64,000 nucleotides of DNA from NCBI GenBank assembly GCA_041645215.1, contig JBAZQK010000001.1, positions 118,091 through 182,090 on the forward strand, given 5' to 3'. The stretch comes from Patescibacteria group bacterium (GTDB lineage Bacteria; Patescibacteriota; Patescibacteriia; Veblenbacterales; UBA10138). The position numbers were made by a program, and so were the translations under genes. Below the pieces are notes generated by a model. The model saw only the letters and a list, made by a program, of their open reading frames with translations, searched no databases and had not been told where the DNA came from. Position 1 is the stretch's first letter; each line of letters starts with the position of its first letter. Shown here one piece after another: positions 57,670 to 64,000 of this stretch.

Positions 57670-58704
57670 ATGAACGATAAACCAGCCGGTGTTCGCATTG
57701 TCAACCGCGACGAGCAAACTGAGGATAAGCTGCTAGATACTAAATTGCGTCCGCAAACGCTGGCCGAGTATATTGGTCAAGGTCAAGTTAAAGATAATTT
57801 GGCTATTTTTTTGCAGGCCGCCAAACAACGCCATGAACCGATTGAGCATGTTTTACTGTATGGTCCGCCTGGTTTAGGTAAAACTACTTTGGCTCATATA
57901 ATCGCCAAGGAAATGGAAGCTGGCATAAAAGTAACTTCCGGTCCGGCGATTGAACGCGCCGGCGACTTAGCGGCCATTTTAACAAATTTGGAACCGGGCG
58001 ATATTTTATTTATTGACGAAATTCACCGTTTAAACAAAATAATTGAGGAGGTGCTGTATCCGGCCATGGAAGAGTCGGCCCTGGATTTAGTGATTGGCAA
58101 GGGTCCGTCCGCCCGGACCTTGCGCTTGGATTTGCCGCGGTTTACGTTAATTGGCGCGACCACGCGTTATCATTTGATATCGGGCCCGCTCCGTAATCGT
58201 TTTGGGGCGACATTTCGTTTAAATTTTTACAGTCCGAGCGAAATGAAGCAGATTGTCGAGCGTTCCGCCAAACTGATAAATCTTAAATTGGAGCCGGGTG
58301 CGGCTACGGCGATGGCTGACCGATCGCGGGCGACACCACGGATTGCTAACCGGCTGTTGCGGCGGGTTCGTGATTACGCGCAAGTTAAAGGACAGGGGGT
58401 GGTAACAGCTGATTTAGCCCAAGCCGCGCTTGATCAATTAGCCGTTGACCCGGTGGGACTTGATGATTTGGACCGGCAAATTTTGCGGGTTATTATTGAA
58501 AAATACAAAGGCGGTCCGGTTGGAGTAAGTTCCATTGCCGCCGCCTTGAGCGAGGAGATGGGTGCGATTGAGGAAATTTACGAGCCGTTTTTAATGCAAT
58601 TAGGCTTTTTGGCGCGCACCCCACGCGGGCGGGTGGCGACGGAGGCGGCCTATAAACATCTTGGTCTTGACGAAACTAAATCAAATCAAAATCGGTTGGT
58701 ATAG
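57670..58704 (+). CDS. ruvB: Holliday junction branch-migration helicase RuvB
   Basis: [21 protein letters not shown] Walker A, DEIHRL, 344 aa; candidate promoter TTGTCA-N18-TAATCT at ~57639-57668. Confidence 0.9.
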   Translation: MNDKPAGVRIVNRDEQTEDKLLDTKLRPQTLAEYIGQGQVKDNLAIFLQAAKQRHEPIEHVLLYGPPGLGKTTLAHIIAKEMEAGIKVTSGPAIERAGDLAAILTNLEPGDILFIDEIHRLNKIIEEVLYPAMEESALDLVIGKGPSARTLRLDLPRFTLIGATTRYHLISGPLRNRFGATFRLNFYSPSEMKQIVERSAKLINLKLEPGAATAMADRSRATPRIANRLLRRVRDYAQVKGQGVVTADLAQAALDQLAVDPVGLDDLDRQILRVIIEKYKGGPVGVSSIAAALSEEMGAIEEIYEPFLMQLGFLARTPRGRVATEAAYKHLGLDETKSNQNRLV

Positions 58705-58725
58705 TAATAATTTTTTACATTTATT

Positions 58726-58980
58726 ATGGCCGTTCCTTATTATATTTTTTTACTTATATATCTGCTGATTGCGGTGGCGTTGTTGCTTTATGGCGCATCT
58801 ATCTTGTGGCACTTATTGCGCTATGGGTTTTTGTCGTGGGGGTCGGTGTTTTTAACTTTTATAATGATCGCCGGGACGGTGGTAGTTCTTTTTATATCGT
58901 ATCGGACACTGGCGCCGGTGGACTGGAATCAGAGTTTTGATTTGTTCGGTTTTATTTTTAACCTTAATCCACTTCGCTAA
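58726..58980 (+). CDS. Small membrane protein (3 TM)
   Basis: 84-aa hydrophobic ORF. Confidence 0.35.
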   Translation: MAVPYYIFLLIYLLIAVALLLYGASILWHLLRYGFLSWGSVFLTFIMIAGTVVVLFISYRTLAPVDWNQSFDLFGFIFNLNPLR

Positions 58981-58981
58981 T

Positions 58982-59539
58982 ATGTATTTAGGTCGCGTTT
59001 TAAGTTCGCCTCTGCCAGGAGAAAAAGTGATTTTTTATTTGCGTAAGCATTGGTATAAATTTTTAAAGATAATTTTGTTCTATACTTTTTTGGGTATTAT
59101 TCCGGGAGTTATATTGTTGGGTTTGTTAAGATTTTATCCGGGATTAGTTGAATGGTTGTTCAATGGAGCTTTGGTGGAAGTGTTGGTTAAATTGGGACTT
59201 AGCCTTTATTACCTGGCAGTATGGCTATTTTTTTGGAATACTTGGGTGGATTATTATTTGGACGTTTGGTTGGTGACGAACGAACGAATTTTACATCTGG
59301 AGCAGAAGGGTTTGTTTAGCCGGACAACTTCAGAATTGAGGTTAAACCGAGTTCAGGACGTGGCCGCTGATGTTAAGGGTTTAGCCGCCACGATTTTTGA
59401 TTTTGGCACAGTGCGGGTGCAAACTGCCGGCACGGCGCCTAATTTTATTTTTGAATTAGTGCCTGACCCGCATAAAATTGCCGAACAAATCATGAGGTTG
59501 GCGGATGCGGCTCGAGTTAAGGCTGAGCCTATAACATAA
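58982..59539 (+). CDS. Membrane protein with bacterial PH-like (YdbS/YdbT-type) domain
   Basis: Start Met 58982 immediately after upstream stop; two TM helices then basic domain. Confidence 0.35.
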   Translation: MYLGRVLSSPLPGEKVIFYLRKHWYKFLKIILFYTFLGIIPGVILLGLLRFYPGLVEWLFNGALVEVLVKLGLSLYYLAVWLFFWNTWVDYYLDVWLVTNERILHLEQKGLFSRTTSELRLNRVQDVAADVKGLAATIFDFGTVRVQTAGTAPNFIFELVPDPHKIAEQIMRLADAARVKAEPIT

Positions 59540-59601
59540 CTCGCCGGTTATGACATTTTAACTTCCCGTTGCGTTTGAAACTAGAATTTGCCAGATTGCT
59601 A

Positions 59602-59630
59602 TTGACAAAAATAGCCCGATATGCTAATAT
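59602..59630 (+). promoter_or_regulatory. Near-consensus sigma70 promoter TTGACA-N17-TAATAT
   Basis: TTGACA 59602-59607, TAATAT 59625-59630. Confidence 0.55.
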
Positions 59631-59653
59631 AACAATGTTGAATAGATAAACAC

Positions 59654-59678
59654 AAACCCTCAAACAGGAGGGTTTTTT
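59654..59678 (+). terminator. Intrinsic terminator-like hairpin ~25 nt downstream of the promoter (AAACCCTC-aaacag-GAGGGTTT-TTTGG), upstream of 3D-domain gene
   Basis: Read directly. Confidence 0.5.
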
Positions 59679-59716
59679 GGTACCCTGATACATTACGCCT
59701 AATTGTAAATCAATAT

Positions 59717-60238
59717 ATGAAACATCGTTTTTGGCGCAAGAATTGGCCCGGGCCCTTGGTGGTAGCCGGATTGTGTCTGGCTGTGCAGTTTTTATTTCCG
59801 CAGTCAGCTATGGCCGAGCAGTTGTTAACCCAGGCGCAACCCAATCGGCTAGTGGCGGAAACCGGTATTAACCAAACCGGTCAGGCGATTCAGGCGGCTG
59901 ATGATAAACCAATAGTCTTGCCATTACCGGTGATAAACAATATACCAGCCCGCTATGTTATGAAAGTTCCGGTAACAGCTTATTCGTCAACGGTTGATCA
60001 GACTGACGACACGCCGTTCATTACTGCCAGCGGTAGCCGCGTTCGCTCTGGTATAGTGGCGGCTAATTTTTTACCAATGGGTACTCGCATCCGTATGCCC
60101 GATTATTTTGGCGATAAAGTTTTTGTAGTGGAGGACAGAATGCATTCTCGTTTTTCTAACCGGGTTGATGTTTGGATGGAAACTCGCGGCGAAGCGGTTG
60201 ATTGGGGCGTTCGGCGTTTAAATATTGAGGTTTTATAA
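59717..60238 (+). CDS. 3D-domain protein (MltA/YuiC-like cell-wall hydrolase domain) with signal peptide
   Basis: VTAYSSTVDQTDDTPFITASGSRVRSGIVAANFLPMGTRIRMP...VVEDRMHSRFSNRVDVWMETRGEAVDWG. Confidence 0.7.
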   Translation: MKHRFWRKNWPGPLVVAGLCLAVQFLFPQSAMAEQLLTQAQPNRLVAETGINQTGQAIQAADDKPIVLPLPVINNIPARYVMKVPVTAYSSTVDQTDDTPFITASGSRVRSGIVAANFLPMGTRIRMPDYFGDKVFVVEDRMHSRFSNRVDVWMETRGEAVDWGVRRLNIEVL

Positions 60239-60253
60239 TCGACTGAGTATTAA

Positions 60254-60283
60254 CTCCATCAGCCATCGGCTGGTGGAGTTTTT
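60254..60283 (+). terminator. Rho-independent terminator after 3D-domain gene
   Basis: CTCCATCAGCC-atc-GGCTGGTGGAG-TTTTTGG. Confidence 0.7.
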
Positions 60284-60336
60284 GGTTGATTAAATGGTAT
60301 TTTTTTGGTAAAGTATGGTCTGCTTGCTTTGGGTGC

Positions 60337-60411
60337 GGCCAGGTAGCCAAGCAGTAAGGCGACGGTCTGCAAAACCGTTATACACGGGTGCAATTCCCGT
60401 CCTGGCCTCCA
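60337..60411 (+). tRNA. tRNA-Cys (anticodon GCA), CCA encoded, U73 discriminator
   Basis: Manual fold: acceptor GGCCAGG/CCTGGCC, anticodon stem ACGGT/ACCGT loop CTGCAAA, T-arm ACGGG-TGCAATT-CCCGT (unusual G at position 55). Confidence 0.65.
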
Positions 60412-60473
60412 TTTATAAGTTTAGTTGGCATTTTTTAATAAACTAATTTTGTTAATCAGGAATAAATATAGTT

Positions 60474-63236
60474 ATGGTTCAAACAACGGAAAAGTTCGTG
60501 ATTTTTGACGGCAACGCGATTGTGCATCGCGCTTGGCACGCCTTGCCGCCGTTAACAACTAAGAACGGCACGTTGGTAAATGCCGTTTATGGTTTTACCA
60601 GTATGTTTTTGAAAGTACTCAAAGATCTTAAACCGCAATATGTGGCGGTGGCATTTGATCGGCGCGAGCCAACTTTTCGGCATGAGGCGTTTAAGGAATA
60701 CAAAGCCCAACGAATCAAACAACCGCAGGAATTATACGACCAAATACCGTTGATTAAGGAAGTTTTGACGGCCTTTAAGGTTGCAGTTTTTGAAAAAGCC
60801 GGGTTTGAGGCCGACGATATTATTGGAACTTTAACGCGCCAAGTAGAGTTGGAATCGGACAAAGTACAAAGCGTGATAATAACCGGCGATATGGATACCT
60901 TACAGCTGGTTGATGATCGGACCTTTGTTTATTTACCCAAAAAAGGTTTAAGCGATCCGGTGCTTTATGATGCAACGACTGTAGTAACGCGTTTTGGGAT
61001 TAATCCATCACAGTTAATAGATTATAAGGCCTTGCGCGGCGATCCGTCTGATAATATACCGGGAGTTAAGGGTATTGGCGAAAAGACCGCTTTAGAGTTA
61101 ATTAAAAAGTTTGGTTCGGTGCCGGCCCTCTATTCGACCCTGGCCAAAGACCGGTCTAAGTTTGCTGATTTTTCTAGCCGCGTGGTTGAGGCGTTGTCTA
61201 ATCAGGCTAAAGAGGCGGCGCTGTCGCGCGAGTTAGTAACAATTGTGTGTGACGTTAAGCTTGATTTTAAATTGGCGGACAGCCGCCTGCTTGGTTTTGA
61301 TATGCCAACCCTGGTTGAATTGTTTCAGCGTTTGGAGTTTAAATCTTTGCTGGGTCGATTGCCGGAATTGCAGACTAAACTTGAGTTACCCCCAGCCATC
61401 AATAATTCAATGACCAAAAAGCAGTCAGTTAAATCTAAGGTTAAGTATAAATTGATTGCGACCGAAATTGAGCTTATGGCAGTGATTAAAAAATTAAACC
61501 GTCAAAAGGTTTTTGCGATTGATACTGAAACTACCTCACTCCATCCATTAGTAGCCAAACTGATTGGTATAAGTTTGAGTTGTAAGGCCGGTGAAGCTTA
61601 TTTTATTCCGGCGTCAGTTAAGTTATTGGTTGGCGCCGCCGGTCAGCAATTAAAAACTTTGTTGGCCAGCGTTAAAATAGGCAAAGCCGGTCATAATTTA
61701 AAATATGACTGGCAGGTATTAAATCAAAATGGTTTTGATTTAAATAATCTGACTTTTGACACCTTAATCGCCGCGTATTTAAAACGACCGGGCGAGCGAA
61801 ATCTAGATTTAAAAACTTTAGTGTTTCAGGAACTGGGTTATGAAATGCAGCCAATTGAGGAGCTAATCGGCGCACCCGGCCCAGCGCAAAAAAATATGTC
61901 AGCCGTGTCAGTGGCTAAAGTAGCTGATTACGCCGCCGCTGATGCTGATTATACCTGGCAATTGATGGAAAAATTAAAATTAGAGTTAACCGCCAACAAG
62001 TTGGAGTCATTGTTCCAAACCATTGAAATGCCGCTGGTAGCTGTACTGGGCAAAATGGAATTGTACGGTATAAAAATTGATGCCGTTTATTTGCAAACCT
62101 TAAACCAGCAGTTGTCGGGCCAACTGACCGCGCTGGAAAAAAACATTTATGAGTTAAGCGGCCATAAATTTAACGTTAATTCGCCGAAACAGCTTAAAGA
62201 AGTTTTGTTTGATAAGTTAAATATTTCCCAGCAGGGTTTGCGCCGTACTAAAACCGGAGTTTCCACCGCCGCCGCCGAGCTGGAAAAGATGCGCGGCTTG
62301 CATCCGGTGATAGATAAAGTTTTTGAGTATCGTGAATTAAGCAAGCTGTTATCAACCTACGTTCAAGCTTTGCCAAAATTGATTGCCCCGTCCACCGGTC
62401 GGGTTCACACTAGTTATAACCAAACTATTACCGTTACCGGGCGCTTGTCGTCGTCCGAGCCGAATTTGCAAAATATTCCGATTCGTGGCGATTGGGGTAA
62501 TAAAATAAGACGCGCCTTTGTGGCGGAGTCAGGTTTTAAACTGTTGTCGGCTGATTATTCGCAAATTGAACTGCGCGTGGCCGCGCACCTAGCGGGTGAC
62601 AGCAAAATGATTGATGTTTTTAAAGGTGGACATGATATTCACACCGCCACTGCCGCTTTTATTTTTGACATTAAGCCCGAGGCAGTTACACCTGACCAAC
62701 GCCGTAGCGCCAAAGAAGTCAATTTTGGCGTGCTATATGGAATGGGGGCTTGGGGACTGGCTGAAAGGACGGGCATTAACCGGGAAGAGGCCAGATTATT
62801 TATTGAGCGCTATTTTAGATCCTTTACCGCTTTGGCTAAATGGATTGAAGATATTAAAATTGAGGCGCGCCAACAGGGTTTTGTTACAACTTGGTTTGGC
62901 CGGCGGCGTTATTTGCCGGAGATAAATTCCGGACTGGCGCAAATGCGCAATCAAGCCGAACGCATGGCTATAAATTTGCCAGTCCAAGGCACGGCGGCTG
63001 ATTTAATGAAATTGGCGATGATAAAAATTAATTCTCGTTTGGCCGCCATCAAATCCGAGTCGCGAATGCTATTACAAGTGCATGATGAATTAGTATTTGA
63101 GGTGCCGATTAAAGAGGTTGATAAAATTGCCCAGTTAGTTAAACTGGAAATGGAACAAGCTGCCCAATTCAGCGTGCCGATTGTGGCTGAGGTTAAGGTG
63201 GGTGATAATTGGGGAGAGATGGAGCCCCTTAGATAG
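60474..63236 (+). CDS. polA: DNA polymerase I
   Basis: 920 aa; 5'-3' exonuclease N-terminus, exonuclease-like middle domain, polymerase motifs DYSQIELR, RRSAKEVNFGVLYG, QVHDELVFE. Confidence 0.95.
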   Translation: MVQTTEKFVIFDGNAIVHRAWHALPPLTTKNGTLVNAVYGFTSMFLKVLKDLKPQYVAVAFDRREPTFRHEAFKEYKAQRIKQPQELYDQIPLIKEVLTAFKVAVFEKAGFEADDIIGTLTRQVELESDKVQSVIITGDMDTLQLVDDRTFVYLPKKGLSDPVLYDATTVVTRFGINPSQLIDYKALRGDPSDNIPGVKGIGEKTALELIKKFGSVPALYSTLAKDRSKFADFSSRVVEALSNQAKEAALSRELVTIVCDVKLDFKLADSRLLGFDMPTLVELFQRLEFKSLLGRLPELQTKLELPPAINNSMTKKQSVKSKVKYKLIATEIELMAVIKKLNRQKVFAIDTETTSLHPLVAKLIGISLSCKAGEAYFIPASVKLLVGAAGQQLKTLLASVKIGKAGHNLKYDWQVLNQNGFDLNNLTFDTLIAAYLKRPGERNLDLKTLVFQELGYEMQPIEELIGAPGPAQKNMSAVSVAKVADYAAADADYTWQLMEKLKLELTANKLESLFQTIEMPLVAVLGKMELYGIKIDAVYLQTLNQQLSGQLTALEKNIYELSGHKFNVNSPKQLKEVLFDKLNISQQGLRRTKTGVSTAAAELEKMRGLHPVIDKVFEYRELSKLLSTYVQALPKLIAPSTGRVHTSYNQTITVTGRLSSSEPNLQNIPIRGDWGNKIRRAFVAESGFKLLSADYSQIELRVAAHLAGDSKMIDVFKGGHDIHTATAAFIFDIKPEAVTPDQRRSAKEVNFGVLYGMGAWGLAERTGINREEARLFIERYFRSFTALAKWIEDIKIEARQQGFVTTWFGRRRYLPEINSGLAQMRNQAERMAINLPVQGTAADLMKLAMIKINSRLAAIKSESRMLLQVHDELVFEVPIKEVDKIAQLVKLEMEQAAQFSVPIVAEVKVGDNWGEMEPLR

Positions 63237-63398
63237 CCCTTGGTATTCATCGTATGCTAGTAGGGGCGAATATCCCGTACCAGAGGATCATTTTGTCTAC
63301 AATTAAAATTGTGATCCTCTTGGTACCGGGATGGAACCGGTAGTTCTTAGTTAATAGTTTGTAGATTATTGTCATTGCGAGCACCAGCGAGGCAATCT

Positions 63399-63427
63399 CT
63401 TAATTCTTGATTCATAATTCTTAATTC
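63399..63427. repeat. Heptamer block CTTAATTC TTGATTC ATAATTC TTAATTC 9 nt upstream of ATG 63437; reverse complement reads ATGAATCAAGAATTAAG (MNQEL...), a 22-codon remnant four-helix-bundle-type ORF start
   Basis: Read directly; compare 1041-1068. Confidence 0.55.
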
Positions 63428-63436
63428 AAACTGGAC

Positions 63437-64000
63437 ATGTTGCTTGATATTGTAATTTTGCCGCCAAGTGAGGTACGTAAGAAAGTTGGTAGAATTATAC
63501 CAAAATCGGTTACTAAGCGGATGACGTTGGTAGTTGACAATAAAAAGTTTATACCTCACATTTCTTTGTTTCATTTAAAAACCAATAAAGCCGGTTTACT
63601 AGAGGTTATTAAAGCGACAGAGGAAGTAATCAAAGATTGTAGGCCGTTAGTATTTAGGTCTTTGAATTATTCGGCTAGTAATCGATGGCTTACGCTGTTT
63701 TTATCAAACAGTAAACATTTAAAAAAATTAAATACGGAAATTATAAATAAGTGTTTTTTGTTGCGTACGGGCACTATGCCCTGGACAGAAGATTACCCGC
63801 CGACCAAACAGGCAATAAATAATAGAAAAAGATTGGGCAATAACGGCGGCCGAAGTTTTAAATCCCATTTTACAATAGGGGTAGCTAAGAGTGCGGTTGA
63901 CGCTAAAGAGATTGTAGATGTATTGAAACCAGTTAAGATGAAATTTATTTCTAACCAAATTGCTGTTTGTGAAGTCAATTTTTGGCATCAAGTGACAAAA
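63437..64000 (+). CDS. 2H phosphoesterase-superfamily protein (LigT-like 2'-5' RNA ligase/cyclic phosphodiesterase), 3' end outside window
   Basis: Translated manually: two H-x-T/S-x motifs (HISLF and HFTIG) ~80 aa apart; ORF open to window end, so absent from ORF track. Confidence 0.5.
   Translation, partial: MLLDIVILPPSEVRKKVGRIIPKSVTKRMTLVVDNKKFIPHISLFHLKTNKAGLLEVIKATEEVIKDCRPLVFRSLNYSASNRWLTLFLSNSKHLKKLNTEIINKCFLLRTGTMPWTEDYPPTKQAINNRKRLGNNGGRSFKSHFTIGVAKSAVDAKEIVDVLKPVKMKFISNQIAVCEVNFWHQVTK

Overview
This 64 kb window looks like a small-genome, moderately AT-rich bacterial chromosome segment. The gene content and style resemble Candidatus Patescibacteria (CPR), but that is inference from the sequence only.

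Supporting signs: housekeeping genes mostly lack Shine-Dalgarno sequences, some transcripts appear leaderless, and there are several copies of the four-helix-bundle '23S rRNA IVS protein' family. Large Cys-rich secreted proteins and abundant short palindromic repeats in intergenic DNA point the same way.

Confident housekeeping calls: radA, recG, folD, glyA, murI, trpS, RNase J, secG, uvrD/pcrA, uvrC, uvrA, groES/groEL (with a perfect CIRCE operator), ppsA, ruvB and polA. Supported with less confidence: riboflavin kinase, ppnP, Hsp20, VanW-like and 3D-domain proteins, an oligopeptide-type substrate-binding protein, an AsnA-like class II aaRS core, a TrmB-like regulator and a phosphohexomutase. 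Four tRNAs were identified by hand: Arg-GCG, Leu-CAG, Glu-TTC and Cys-GCA.

The 5' ~9 kb is the most unusual region. It holds a 5'-truncated VirB4-like type IV secretion ATPase, then small membrane proteins and four-helix-bundle genes (one truncated). Two large Cys-rich secreted paralogues follow. They share an almost nucleotide-identical ~200 nt pilin-like two-helix hydrophobic core, but their ectodomains are unrelated. One ectodomain ends in a 3D (MltA/VirB1-like) domain. A membrane-anchored DsbA and a TolB-like PD40 propeller are interleaved, and the propeller gene's 5' end is duplicated around an inserted palindrome-rich segment. I read this as a candidate type IV-secretion/pilus-like surface-adhesin locus with cassette-style variation.

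The window also carries several undescribed small-repeat families:
- (NTAATTC)n heptamer blocks that abut start codons. Their reverse complement is the 5' end, with ATG, of a four-helix-bundle ORF.
- CCCAGTATAACTACTTG inverted-repeat hairpins that also abut start codons; one splits groES from groEL.
- MITE-like elements with TAGGAYTTACGCGTTTG termini, in four to five copies.
- GC-rich palindromic islands.

Other points worth a look: a tRNA-Glu locus with tandem 5'-tRNA fragments bracketing a YhbQ-like GIY-YIG nuclease gene; a conserved hairpin element downstream of both tRNA-Arg and tRNA-Glu; and promoter-then-terminator mini-units. Short Cys-rich ORFs with unusually strong ribosome-binding sites also stand out. 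No CRISPR array or rRNA was found.
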